A DNA stretch of 64,000 nt from Candidatus Poribacteria bacterium (GCA_046582655.1 JAYGDX010000016.1:1-64000), one strand, 5' to 3'. Positions 20,413-31,290 are shown, counted from the first letter of the stretch. The notes: generated by a model from the sequence alone, not told the origin. Translations and numbers: made by a program.

Positions 20413-21767
20413 AAAGGATTGGGATCTTAACTTCAGGTGGATATACTCCTGCCTTGAATGCTACCCTTATATGGTGCAGTAATTCGTGCCAATGAGCTCC
20501 GGATTGAAATCATTGGTCTAATTAAAGGGTTCAGCTCATTACAAAATCCACAGATGCCGCACACACGGTCAATTCCAGAACTTGATCACACCTATGGTGG
20601 AACTATTCTGGGAACCTCACGACATTATATTGATGACTCGAATCAGGAAGTAATCAGTGAAATTGTTGACCGGATAAAACGTCTACAGATAGATGGTTTA
20701 GTCTGTGTTGGTGGAGATGGGACATTAAACGGCATGCAGGTGTTTTCGAACTGTTTTCCTACTGTCTTAACCCCAAAGACCATCGACAATGATCTTGGCT
20801 AAATTATTTGAGTGAGCCATCTGAATGACGACGTCAGGAGGAAATAGACGGTTCATTTACGTATTGCCTAGCCGGTATCGAGCGGGATATCAGACTTGAG
20901 GACATGATTAATTATGTCACTCCCGGTTACGCAACTTCTGTTTTTGTCGCTGCACAAGGAGTTCAACGTATACGAACAACGGCAGAGAGTCATCAGCGTA
21001 TTGCCATTGTTGAAGTGATGGGAAGGCAGTCGGGCTATATTGCCTTAGGGACTGCATACGGTCAACCAGACTTAATTCTTGTTCCAGAGTATCCTTTGAA
21101 TCGGGAAAGATTGCTTGACAGGGTTCGAGAAATTTATGATATCCAGAAGGACGTGGTAATTGTTGTATCCGAGGGAATTGTTGGCGAAAATGGTAAAGTC
21201 CTGGGTGACATAAGTCAAACAAAAGATCCATCGGGGAATACCATCTATAGCGGTGCGGCTGAAGCGATCAAACAAATACTGGTTAATGAACTCGGTGATC
21301 GCTATTTTACTGAGAAACACCGTCACGATTCTGCTAACACCGAAATTTTCACGCGTAAGATTGGCCATACACAGCGAGGTGGGCGACCAATCATGTTTGA
21401 TCGATTGCATGCTTCACATCTGGGTGGAAAAGCTATTGATATGTTGCATGAAGGTTGGCAAAATGGTATTTCGATTCTGCAAAGAGTTGAGGATGAAAGC
21501 TTTTATCTGGACAGCATTGATGCCAATCTGTTACGTGATCAGTGGGGTGAAATTCATCCAAGATATATGCATATTTCTCTTTATGATCCGGAACGTTTCC
21601 AACCGTCTGAAAAGGGAGTCGATTATCTCAAACCGATTTTCACCAACGCAATTGGTGCAGACGATGTTGAATGGATACGCGCCCAGCTTTTTGATCCGCA
21701 TCACTTGTCACAACCGTATCACTCAGTTAATTTTGATATGCAGAAACGGATTTTATATCTGGGTTAA
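20409..21767 (+). pseudogene. pfkA: 6-phosphofructokinase (PfkA family) pseudogene
   Basis: MKRIGILTSGGYTPALNA from 20409; frameshift near 20466; GGTILGTSR, GGDGT, PKTIDND; second frameshift near 20800; in-frame TGA at 20826-20828; then VEVMGR, GHTQRGG. Confidence 0.85.
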
Positions 21768-21789
21768 CGATAGTAGAAACAAACTAATA

Positions 21790-21915
21790 ATAGACCTCTT
21801 GCATAAGTCAAAGAAATAGAAGTTGGAAGATTATTGAGCCCACGCATTCAATGAATTTAGGTGCCTCTCAGCTATAGAATTCTGGTGAGTTTTACTACTT
21901 ATGCAAGAGGTCTAT
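21790..21915. mobile_element. MITE (non-autonomous IS derivative)
   Basis: Perfect 19-bp terminal inverted repeat ATAGACCTCTTGCATAAGT (21790-21808) / ACTTATGCAAGAGGTCTAT (21897-21915) around a non-coding core. Confidence 0.8.
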
Positions 21916-21948
21916 ACTAAAAAGAAAACAGATTAACAAAGGAAGCGT

Positions 21949-23259
21949 ATGAGACAAAAGATTGTTTTAAGTACATTATTCCTATTTCTGTCAGTGATGG
22001 TATTGGCAGAAAGCCAACTCATCATTATTACTTCTTTTCCAAAAGACTTGTTTGAAACTTATAAGCGTGCCTTTGAAACCAAATATCCGCAGATTGATGT
22101 CGTTGTTAGATCAAAGAAGACCTCAGCAGCGGTCGCTTATATCCGTGAGACTGCTAAGAAACCGAATTCTGATTTAATCTGGGCCAGCGCAGTTGACGCT
22201 TTTGCTGTCTTAAAAGAAGAGGGACTTCTAGAAACGTATGAATTGCCAGACGAAATCGGTGAATCAATTCCGGAGAAAATTGGCACTTATCCGATTCACG
22301 ATCCTGACCGACAATACTTTGGGGGAGCATTAAGCGGTTATGGAATTATGTGGAATGAAGACTATCTTGAGGCGTATCATCTGGATCCACCAAAGGAATG
22401 GTCGGATCTGACCGTTCCAGCCTATCATGGACATTTAGCGATGAGTGCTCCATCACGGAGCGGCACAACACATTTGACTGTGGAAGCGATTCTACAGGGT
22501 TATGGTTGGGAAAAAGGGTGGGAAATCCTCTTCTCAATGTGTGGGAATATGTCGGTTATTACTGAACGCAGTTTCGGCGTTCCACAGGGTATAATTAGTG
22601 GTGAGTTTGGAATTGGCGTGGTTATAGACTTTTTTGGGTTGTCGGCGGTGGCAAGCGGCTTACCCGTCGAATTTGTGTATCCATCAATCACGCCGATTGT
22701 TCCTGCCAGTATAGGATTGATCAAGGGTGCTCCCCACATGGAGAATGCTCGGAAATTCATTAACTTTTTTCTCAGTCGGGAAGGACAGATTCTGCTCTTT
22801 GATTCGAAAATTAGCCGACTTCCAGTGATACCAGAGCTGTATCAGGCCGCACCCCAAGGATTTCCCAATCCCTTCAAAATGAAAAGATCCGAGACCAAGT
22901 TTGACGTTCAATTATCACAGCAACGATACGGCTTGATCAATTCGATTTTTGATCAACTTATCACTTTTCGCTTGAGAGGTTTAAAATCAGCATGGTCTGA
23001 GATTCATAAGGCTGAAAAACGGATCGAAAAGAAAGTATCCAAGAATCAGGACGTTACTGCTTTGAGAAAGCTAATTGCCGAAGCCAAGGTATTGGTCACA
23101 CAGATCCCGGTTGCAGAAGCAGACGCAAATGACCTCGAATACAACCAGCATTTTGCCAAAGAAGCAGACAAGGTGCAAATTCAAGCTGAAATTGAATGGG
23201 ATGTAACTGCTAAGAAAAATTATAGACTGGCGAAGGAACTGGCCAAGAAAGTAAAATAA
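21949..23259 (+). CDS. ABC transporter substrate-binding protein (Fe3+/thiamine/phosphorylated-sugar class)
   Basis: Signal peptide; PKEWSDL..P.YHG, PSRSGTTH, GWEKGW, ARKFINFFLS. Confidence 0.85.
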   Translation: MRQKIVLSTLFLFLSVMVLAESQLIIITSFPKDLFETYKRAFETKYPQIDVVVRSKKTSAAVAYIRETAKKPNSDLIWASAVDAFAVLKEEGLLETYELPDEIGESIPEKIGTYPIHDPDRQYFGGALSGYGIMWNEDYLEAYHLDPPKEWSDLTVPAYHGHLAMSAPSRSGTTHLTVEAILQGYGWEKGWEILFSMCGNMSVITERSFGVPQGIISGEFGIGVVIDFFGLSAVASGLPVEFVYPSITPIVPASIGLIKGAPHMENARKFINFFLSREGQILLFDSKISRLPVIPELYQAAPQGFPNPFKMKRSETKFDVQLSQQRYGLINSIFDQLITFRLRGLKSAWSEIHKAEKRIEKKVSKNQDVTALRKLIAEAKVLVTQIPVAEADANDLEYNQHFAKEADKVQIQAEIEWDVTAKKNYRLAKELAKKVK

Positions 23260-24956
23260 TGCGTTCCATTCTAAATCAACACAGCAAAGTTGATTTCAGC
23301 CAATTTCTCTTCTTTTTGATCCTTATTGGACTTCTTTCAACGTTCATCTTATCTCCTGTTTTACAGGTATTGTACGTTGCATTTACTCAGGATGGTTCCA
23401 TTACCTTATTTCATTTCTTGAGCTTTTTCCAGAGAGCATTGTTTCGAGAAGCATTCTTGAATAGCCTTTTTGCTGGAGTAATGGTTGTCATTTTCAGTAG
23501 CCTGATTGCCCTTCCACTGGTGTTCTTCTCGGTACGGTACGACTTCAAGGGAAAAGTTATGATCCAGACTCTGGGCATTCTACCACTAGTCATGCCACCA
23601 TTTGTCGGTGCTATCGCTATGCAATTGATACTTGGAAGAAACGGTGTTGTCAATCTCCTTTTCCGGCGTTGGTTTGATTTCACCATTCCGTTTATGGATG
23701 GATTAATTGGGGTCATTATCGTTCAAACACTCCATTATTTCCCATTTATTTTGTTGAATGCGTCGGCCTCGTTGGCCAATATAGATCTATCACTTGAAGA
23801 AGCAGGACAGAGTCTCGGTACTCACGGGTTTCGGTTGCTTCAGAAGATTACACTTCCTCTAATGATGCCGGGATACGTTGCTGGAGCCTTGCTAGTCTTT
23901 ATCAAAAGTATTGATGATCTTGGCACGCCGCTTTTGCTCAACTACACGAATATGCTCGCCCCTCAAGCCTATATCCGTATTACTAACATTGGTGTCGAAG
24001 ACAAAGCCGGTTACGTGATCTCGGTAATCCTCGTCGCATTATCGTTAATCTCCCTGTGGAGTTTGATGCGTTATCTAAGATTATCTGAATATGCAACACT
24101 TCAACGCGGGGCAACTGGTGTGTCGATATCCAAATCGATCGGTAGCCTAAAACTATGGTTGGTGGTTGGGTTTTGCACTGTTATTCTTCTAGTGAGTTTG
24201 TCACCACATATTGGGATCTTGATCCTTTCATTCGCTAAATTCTGGAGTTTCTCGCTCCTGCCCAAAAGTTATACGCTGTCCCATTATGCTGAGATCTTTC
24301 TTGAAACACCATATATGATTTGGAATACGCTAATCTTCTCGCTTCTGGCTGCAGGAATCGATGTGATCTTAGGAGCTTTCATCGCTTTCTTGCTGATCCG
24401 AGGCAAAATAGTAGGCAAAGGGATCTTAGACCTGATAGCCACTCTGCCGCTCGCGATTCCCGGAGTTGTTCTCGCCACTGGCTACTTGCGTATGTTCCAT
24501 GCGGTAGATTTACCGATTATCAACAAACCGCTCACCGAAACATGGATAATTTTGGTAATTGCCTATGCTACTCGTCGGTTACCCTATACACTCAGATCTT
24601 GCTACGCTTCAATGCAGCAGATCCATGAATCTCTTGAAGAAGCTGCCTTAAATTTGGGGGCGAACCGTCGACGCACCTTCATTAAAATTACGTTTCCGTT
24701 GATGATCAAAGGTCTCATTGCTGGTGGAGTGATATCCTTCATTACGTCATCCGTCGAGTTAAGTTCAACCATGATGCTGGTTCCGACGAAAGAACTGGCT
24801 CCGCTTTCCTATGGAATATACCTTTATATGCAAAGTGCAACTGGACGGGGACCAGGCGCATGTTTGGGAGTGGTGGTGATCGTGCTCGTTGCTGTCGGGA
24901 CTTATATTGTTAATAAACTGCTAAGTAGTGGTTCGGAAAGTTTTTTTAGGTTGTGA
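23259..24956 (+). CDS. ABC transporter permease (FbpB-like, two fused TM modules)
   Basis: Two EAA loops (LEEAGQSLG, LEEAALNLGA), PPFVGA, DDLGTP. Confidence 0.9.
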   Translation: MRSILNQHSKVDFSQFLFFLILIGLLSTFILSPVLQVLYVAFTQDGSITLFHFLSFFQRALFREAFLNSLFAGVMVVIFSSLIALPLVFFSVRYDFKGKVMIQTLGILPLVMPPFVGAIAMQLILGRNGVVNLLFRRWFDFTIPFMDGLIGVIIVQTLHYFPFILLNASASLANIDLSLEEAGQSLGTHGFRLLQKITLPLMMPGYVAGALLVFIKSIDDLGTPLLLNYTNMLAPQAYIRITNIGVEDKAGYVISVILVALSLISLWSLMRYLRLSEYATLQRGATGVSISKSIGSLKLWLVVGFCTVILLVSLSPHIGILILSFAKFWSFSLLPKSYTLSHYAEIFLETPYMIWNTLIFSLLAAGIDVILGAFIAFLLIRGKIVGKGILDLIATLPLAIPGVVLATGYLRMFHAVDLPIINKPLTETWIILVIAYATRRLPYTLRSCYASMQQIHESLEEAALNLGANRRRTFIKITFPLMIKGLIAGGVISFITSSVELSSTMMLVPTKELAPLSYGIYLYMQSATGRGPGACLGVVVIVLVAVGTYIVNKLLSSGSESFFRL

Positions 24957-25094
24957 TAATGGATTAGCCTGATTCATAAATAATTTAGAATTCAAGAAAC
25001 TATCGATTATTATAATATACATGATAAAATAATTAATTACTATCTTTCATAAATCTTGAAGAAAAATCATATTTAAAATGCAGAGGGAAGTCGA

Positions 25095-25760
25095 ATGAAC
25101 ATCTTAATGTTACGTCATTCAGCAGGTTTTGAACATAGCTACTTACCAGATGCCGAGGTTGCTATTAAATCTTTAGCCCAAAAGAATAAGTGGTCAGTCA
25201 ATACAACTCATCTGTGTCAAAGAATTACGGCAGAGAATTTAGAAAAACTGGATATACTCATTTTTGCTACTACTGGTAATTTGGATTTCGATGCGGATCA
25301 AAAACAAGCACTCCTCGACTTTGTAAAAGAGGGAAAAGGCTTTTTAGGTATTCATAATGCGACCGATACCTGTTATGACTGGCCAGAATACGGCGAGATG
25401 ATAGGAGGTTATTTCTCTGGTCATCCATGGACACAGGAAGTTAATGTGATTGTCGAAGATTCCAACCATCCATCTACCCAATCTCTTGGCAGTTCTTTTA
25501 AAGTTTTCGATGAAATTTACACTTTCAAGAACTGGAGCCGTGATAATACGCATGTGTTGATGAGGCTGGATAATGACTCCATTGATCTGTCCAAAGGTAA
25601 CCGAGATGACCATGATTACGCACTTGGATGGTGTCACGAGTATGGAAAGGGACGGGTTATGTATACAGCACTTGGTCATCCAGATGCGTTGTGGCACGAG
25701 GATTGGTTCTTAGAACATATTGACGGCTGTATTCGATGGGCTGGACACTTGGAAAATTAA
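25095..25760 (+). CDS. ThuA-like domain protein
   Basis: GFEHS, GKGFLGIHNATD, GGYFSGHPW, DEIY, GKGRVMYTALGH. Confidence 0.9.
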   Translation: MNILMLRHSAGFEHSYLPDAEVAIKSLAQKNKWSVNTTHLCQRITAENLEKLDILIFATTGNLDFDADQKQALLDFVKEGKGFLGIHNATDTCYDWPEYGEMIGGYFSGHPWTQEVNVIVEDSNHPSTQSLGSSFKVFDEIYTFKNWSRDNTHVLMRLDNDSIDLSKGNRDDHDYALGWCHEYGKGRVMYTALGHPDALWHEDWFLEHIDGCIRWAGHLEN

Positions 25761-25979
25761 TCAACCATCCTACTGATAAAGTTGGGTATCTACTTGCTAT
25801 AAATATGTCTGGAAAGTGACTTCTTTGAGACAGTGAAGGTCGAAAATAAGTCTTCCAGTTACATGTTTCCCACAATAAACGGGTTTCAACTGGAAGTACT
25901 TACATAACAGTTGTACTGGTGATAATAGCATCAAGTTTAATATTACAAACTATATTATATTTGTCTGAGGAATGGATAT

Positions 25980-26702
25980 ATGAAAATTTTCTTTTTTCTT
26001 TTTTATTTTATATTGATCATGGTTTCTTTTGGTATAGCACGTGACGATTTTATTTTTCATTACGATTTTAATCAGGAGACGGCCGGCAAACCGCCTTCGG
26101 ATCCGTGGCAGCCGACAGTAGCAGGAGAAGTTGTGGTCGAGAAATTTCCGGATGAAATTAACAAAAGTGTTCGAATCACCGATCCAGACGGAGGTGGTGG
26201 TATGGCACTGATCTTAGATTCACCGATTACTGGTAAGATTATTTCGCTTGAATTCAAATGGCTTCTTAAGGAAAGTTCGGGTTCTGAAGTGGAGGTCTTT
26301 TATGTGCTGAACCAAAAATGTGTAGACAATTGGTCGGGGGTTTGTGTCGCTATGACAACAGGTCCAGGTGCAGTTTTGCAATATCATGATAAAGCTTGGG
26401 CAAATTCCAAAAAAATTGTTTTTGATGCTTGGCATGAGTTTAAATATGTGATGGATCTAAAACGGCTCAAATATCATTTATACTACGATGAAAAAGAGAT
26501 TGTTAAAAACGCCGAATTTCGGAAATATGATGGAGTGAAAGGCATTGATAAGTTCAATGTAGCTAACGTTGGAAATGGAGGTACGACATTCACCATGTAT
26601 TTTGATGACATTGTACTTTATGAAGGCATCGATCGCCCCAGACCGGTTAAGCCAATGTCGATGCTAACAACCAGATGGAGCCTAATTAAAACCATGAATT
26701 GA
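25980..26702 (+). CDS. Secreted concanavalin/LamG-like beta-sandwich protein with Poribacteria-type C-terminal motif
   Basis: Signal peptide; WHEFKY, YFDDIVLY; tail PVKPMSMLTTRWSLIK. Confidence 0.65.
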   Translation: MKIFFFLFYFILIMVSFGIARDDFIFHYDFNQETAGKPPSDPWQPTVAGEVVVEKFPDEINKSVRITDPDGGGGMALILDSPITGKIISLEFKWLLKESSGSEVEVFYVLNQKCVDNWSGVCVAMTTGPGAVLQYHDKAWANSKKIVFDAWHEFKYVMDLKRLKYHLYYDEKEIVKNAEFRKYDGVKGIDKFNVANVGNGGTTFTMYFDDIVLYEGIDRPRPVKPMSMLTTRWSLIKTMN

Positions 26703-26736
26703 TTAAATTCATGGTTTTAAAGTTGTTCGAAACATA

Positions 26737-27918
26737 ATGCCCAAACAGGTATGTTATTCATGCCAAGAATTGCTGCAAGCAATGATTGCATTCAACACGG
26801 TCAACTCAAATATCTCCGGTGAACTAGATGCGGAATTGGCACTATCACAGTTCCTTGAGTCGCAAGCAAATTTTCTTGGCTTCTCCACTCAGCGCTTGCC
26901 GATCAAAGGTCAAAGTTTTAACCTGTTGGTGAGTTATCCGGTTTCCCAAGACGCACCTTGGTTACTATTTGAAAGTCACTTAGATACGGTCAGTATAGAA
27001 GAGATGACGATTGATCCGTTGGGCGGGCAGCTAAAAAATAATCGCATATATGGTCGTGGCGCATGTGATACTAAAGGTAGTGGTGCGGCGATGCTATATG
27101 CGTTAAAGCGTTACGCTGAAGAATCAATCGCCCCCAATAATATCGCCATCGTTTATACGGTTGATGAAGAAGTCAAAAAAACGGGAGTTCGCACGTTTAT
27201 AGAGAATCACTTGTCTTTACTGGATTGGAAACCTGTTGGGGCAATAGTCGGTGAACCAACACAACTCAAATTGGTTATCGCGCACAACGGAGTGGTTCGT
27301 TGGCGGATTCAAACGCAAGGTATTGCTGCGCATTCTTCTTCTCCCGAGCGGGGACTGTCAGCGATCAGCATGATGATGAAGGTGGTAGATGCACTGGAAT
27401 CACGCTACATCCCAGGTCTTGATGCTTCTCACGCACTGACTGGCAGGGCACAATGTAGCGTTAACGTCATTCGTGGTGGCACACAGGTTAATATCGTACC
27501 AGCGAGTTGTGAAGTACAGGTTGATAGACGGGTTGTGCCTGGTGAGAAGGCACAGTCTGTCATCCCTGCTGTAGAAGATGTGCTCAACGAATTACGCAGA
27601 AACGATGATAAGATGAACGTATTGCAAACTGAACCAGACATAATCTTTCCGCCTCTAGATCCCACCGGTAACGAAGCTTTTATCGCTTTTGTCCAAGGAA
27701 AATTAAAAGAGATGCAACTTTCTTGTGAACCGATGGGAGTTGGTTTCGGCACAAATGCAAGCAGTTTCAACGGTACTGGAATACCAGCAATTATCATTGG
27801 ACCAGGCGACATCGCTCAAGCCCATACCAGCGACGAGTGGATTGATCTAGAACAACTCCGTCAGGGCGAGGCTGTGTACCTCAACCTGATGCGTTCTCAG
27901 ATACGTTTAGAAGATTGA
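26737..27918 (+). CDS. M20 family metallopeptidase (ArgE/DapE-like deacylase)
   Basis: SHLDTV, GRGACDTKG, DEE, GEPT, AHSS, GPGDIAQAH. Confidence 0.9.
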   Translation: MPKQVCYSCQELLQAMIAFNTVNSNISGELDAELALSQFLESQANFLGFSTQRLPIKGQSFNLLVSYPVSQDAPWLLFESHLDTVSIEEMTIDPLGGQLKNNRIYGRGACDTKGSGAAMLYALKRYAEESIAPNNIAIVYTVDEEVKKTGVRTFIENHLSLLDWKPVGAIVGEPTQLKLVIAHNGVVRWRIQTQGIAAHSSSPERGLSAISMMMKVVDALESRYIPGLDASHALTGRAQCSVNVIRGGTQVNIVPASCEVQVDRRVVPGEKAQSVIPAVEDVLNELRRNDDKMNVLQTEPDIIFPPLDPTGNEAFIAFVQGKLKEMQLSCEPMGVGFGTNASSFNGTGIPAIIIGPGDIAQAHTSDEWIDLEQLRQGEAVYLNLMRSQIRLED

Positions 27919-28086
27919 CAATCACTTGTCATCTGTTACCAATCTCATAAGAGTGGGAACGTAAAATCAACAGGGGTGTGGTAATTCGAGACACCAACAA
28001 TGGAAGCGTGTGCTAGATGAAGCCTGATCCTGTGCATTAGATCTATTTGTGGGTGAAACATAGAAACAGCGTAACCGTCTGCTGCC

Positions 28087-29193
28087 TCACGCATCAAATA
28101 AAATAACGCCCCTGGCGTTTTTTCCCGCTTCCATATCTTCAAATGCTTGATTAATTTGATCTAGTTGGTAATTTTTTGTGATCAACTCGTCCAACCTGAT
28201 TTTGCCTTGATCGTACAGTCTCAGGATTTTGGGCATATCTATTCGTGGTACTGAAGACCCGTAGAAGGATCCAATAATTTGTTTTTCCTGCCTCACTAAC
28301 CATTGAGCAGGTATGCTGATTTTCGCTTCATGGTGAGAAACTCCGACAATAATAACCATACCAGCAGGTCGGATCATGTCATAGGCCTGCTCGATAGTTT
28401 TAGGATTACCAACCACTTCGAAAGCGTAATCAACACCCTTGCCATTTGTTAAATCATGTACCTGATCAACCGGATTCGCTTCAGAGGCATTAATGAGATC
28501 TGTGGCACCAAAACTTTTTGCCAACTCAAGTTTTTTTTGGACAAGATCTATAGCAATAATACGTTCTGCCGATGCCAGCACCGCACCTTGAATAGCGTTG
28601 AGTCCAACGCCGCCGGATCCAACAATTGCTACCCAACTTCCTGGTTTTACCTGAGCTGTGTTGAGTACTGCCCCAATGCCTGTTGTGACACCACATCCAA
28701 CCAGTACCGCTGTTTCCAGAGAATATGCTGGATCGATTTTCACCAAACTTTGTTCAGGTACCACAGCATATTCCGACATTGTACCGATTCGAGCCATTTG
28801 TGGTACCGGTTGCTTAAGGCTATTGTGAAGCCGACAAGTATCATCAAGCAAATAGCCGACTTTGGCGGAAAAACCTTCGCACAAGGAGACCTTATTCATG
28901 GTACACATTCGGCATTGACCACAATAGGTAACAAAGGAGAGTAAAACGTGATCGCCAACTTGAACATAGTTTACATCTTCACCAACTTGCTCGATAATAC
29001 CTGCGCCTTCATGTCCAAGCGCGACAGGTGGATTGTAATGGATTGCTCCATTAACGACGGACAAATCGGAATGACAGACTCCGCTGGCATTCATGCGAAT
29101 AAGTACTTCCTTCGCTTTGGGGGCATCCAATTCTAAATTGTCAACAACTACAGGATTGTTATGCTCGTAAACAACAGCAGTTTTAGTTCTCAT
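28087..29193 (-). CDS. Zn-dependent alcohol dehydrogenase (MDR family)
   Basis: GVCHSD, GHEGAG, CGQCRMC..C, GCGVTTG, GSGGVG. Confidence 0.93.
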   Translation of the reverse strand: MRTKTAVVYEHNNPVVVDNLELDAPKAKEVLIRMNASGVCHSDLSVVNGAIHYNPPVALGHEGAGIIEQVGEDVNYVQVGDHVLLSFVTYCGQCRMCTMNKVSLCEGFSAKVGYLLDDTCRLHNSLKQPVPQMARIGTMSEYAVVPEQSLVKIDPAYSLETAVLVGCGVTTGIGAVLNTAQVKPGSWVAIVGSGGVGLNAIQGAVLASAERIIAIDLVQKKLELAKSFGATDLINASEANPVDQVHDLTNGKGVDYAFEVVGNPKTIEQAYDMIRPAGMVIIVGVSHHEAKISIPAQWLVRQEKQIIGSFYGSSVPRIDMPKILRLYDQGKIRLDELITKNYQLDQINQAFEDMEAGKNARGVILFDA

Positions 29194-29247
29194 GTTTTGA
29201 ATTCCTCATGATTCTCAACTTTAAATTACGCTTGAAACAATATAACC

Positions 29248-31290
29248 TTAAGTTTGAAAATTAACAGGTAACCCATCGTAAATTAATTGTTGCCCATTTA
29301 CGATGCTCCAATCCAGAATCTCGTCCCCTTTCTGCCGGATGACAACTTTTTCTGCATCCGATATTACGCGACTATCTTCAAAGCGGCGACCAGCAAGATT
29401 AAAATAAACTAGGTCAGTTTCATCATCCTGAACAAATTTCACACCATGCAGATCATTTTGAATAATTGGTTTTATTTCGTACCGATACTTTTCTTCCTGA
29501 GGCAACACGGTCAACACCACCATAAATTGTAGATCCCTGTCGTATAATAGGCCATGTGATCTCGGATTCCACTGAGGATATGGTGAACTTTTCGGTGATA
29601 CGTTCCAAAGGTGATGCCACTCCGGACGCAAGCTGATGGCGTGGATTTCTTTCCCCGCCTCTCCTCTTTTTGGCAAACGAGTTGGCAAGAATTTAATTGC
29701 GTATGGCAACGGTAGGATTGGATGAATGACTAATTTAGATTTCTTACCTTGGACTTCAAGTGTTCCATCGTTGTTATCAACAATTGGGAAACCACTATGT
29801 AGAAGCCATTGGTAATGCCGTTGTGTCCGGACTTCTCGGGCACGAATAGAATCATAAATGACAAACCGATTTGGTTTAAGATAAACGATGTGGCGGAAAA
29901 ATCGATCAAGGTAATCACCATAAGCAGTTGTGGCATCCCCACAAATCATCCCGATCTTATAGCTGGAGACCATATCAGTTAGGCGACAGTACGCATCGCC
30001 ACCTTCTTCCAGATCAAAACTCATTCGATATCGTGGTGGCTGCCTTTGATCGGCATTATCAACCAGAAGAGTGTTGTGCCAAGCCGTTGATACTTCTGGA
30101 TCAACGCTGGTAAAGTAGTGGGACGAATAATCACCGGGACCTGGGTCGACAACTAAACGCTCTCCATAAGCATCTATAAAAAAACTGTTCAGATCCAAGT
30201 GGCAATGTGACCAGGCATTAGAGCCGCCTTTCAGAATGAAGAAGACGGCGTCTTCTTCCCAACTTGAACGAAAACTTGCTAGATGTACACTTTTAAAGAA
30301 TCGATCGGTTGGCATATAATCGGGTGGTGTTGGTTCCAGATTGGGATTATAATAAAGCAGATCCCATCTTGAAGGGGAATTGTTGACTGTAATTTGATTC
30401 CCAAACCATTGGGCTAAACCATGATCTAAAGCGTTGGCGATGGCATAGAAAAAATAGCTCATTCCTAAACCTTCACCGGTATCCCCAAAGTTCATTAAAC
30501 TTGATTTATCAGGCCGTGACATATATAGGGGAAATTCGACTGCCCGTTGCCAGAATGGATGTGAATACCAATCATCCCAACCGATGTTTCGGGCCGCTTC
30601 TGTCCATTCTTGAACAGATCGATAGCACCCACACCAATATCCGGTACCTTCAATACCTGCACCTTCTTCCCCTGCTAGGTCAAGCATTCTTAGCAATGGC
30701 CCTGTTGCAGCATTGATCCATTTTTCTGACAAGTCTGGATCATCTTCCATCAACACGATTCCGGACAAAGCCAAACCAGATAAGAGATGACTACACCAGT
30801 TGGAGTTGGGAGCGTTACTCCACCAGGCACCTGCCAGTGTGTCATGGTAGATGATACCAGCACCTTTCTCAACAAGTTGGCTGAAGATTAATTGCTTATC
30901 TGTCGATTCAAGAAGTGGATGGAGGAAGTTATAGGTGTAAGCCAGTTTTTTGCATGCGCTGGCAACGGTCAGATCTGCTTCTACTTCCGGGTACATCTCT
31001 TTGTGAATAGCACCTGCTGGGGGTATGTACGTTGGAAGTGCCTTCCGAAGTGAGTTTAACGCTTTTTGACCTAATGCTTCATCACCACTAATAGCATAGG
31101 CAAATGCAATCGATTCGATTTGCTCCATTAAGTTATTGGACAGTTCTAAGGTCTGTTGAGATTCTACGAAAGGCTCCCACCAACTGGAAAAGAGTGGGAG
31201 TTTTGTTTTTTCTAGTAGTGCTTCGCGTCGTGACCATATGTTACAGAAGTCAAATTGTTGTTTGGTTGAACCTTCCACTCTTACCTCCAC
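29248..31290 (-). CDS. Heparinase II/III family polysaccharide lyase
   Basis: NSNW, EGTGYW, NFGD, RSSW, HCHLDLNSF, DPG, HNTLLVD. Confidence 0.85.
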   Translation of the reverse strand: MEVRVEGSTKQQFDFCNIWSRREALLEKTKLPLFSSWWEPFVESQQTLELSNNLMEQIESIAFAYAISGDEALGQKALNSLRKALPTYIPPAGAIHKEMYPEVEADLTVASACKKLAYTYNFLHPLLESTDKQLIFSQLVEKGAGIIYHDTLAGAWWSNAPNSNWCSHLLSGLALSGIVLMEDDPDLSEKWINAATGPLLRMLDLAGEEGAGIEGTGYWCGCYRSVQEWTEAARNIGWDDWYSHPFWQRAVEFPLYMSRPDKSSLMNFGDTGEGLGMSYFFYAIANALDHGLAQWFGNQITVNNSPSRWDLLYYNPNLEPTPPDYMPTDRFFKSVHLASFRSSWEEDAVFFILKGGSNAWSHCHLDLNSFFIDAYGERLVVDPGPGDYSSHYFTSVDPEVSTAWHNTLLVDNADQRQPPRYRMSFDLEEGGDAYCRLTDMVSSYKIGMICGDATTAYGDYLDRFFRHIVYLKPNRFVIYDSIRAREVRTQRHYQWLLHSGFPIVDNNDGTLEVQGKKSKLVIHPILPLPYAIKFLPTRLPKRGEAGKEIHAISLRPEWHHLWNVSPKSSPYPQWNPRSHGLLYDRDLQFMVVLTVLPQEEKYRYEIKPIIQNDLHGVKFVQDDETDLVYFNLAGRRFEDSRVISDAEKVVIRQKGDEILDWSIVNGQQLIYDGLPVNFQT

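Noticed and set aside
25852..25896. 9-bp inverted repeat CTTCCAGTT/AACTGGAAG after the ThuA gene
   Set aside because: Long loop and no U-tract; insufficient to call a terminator or operator
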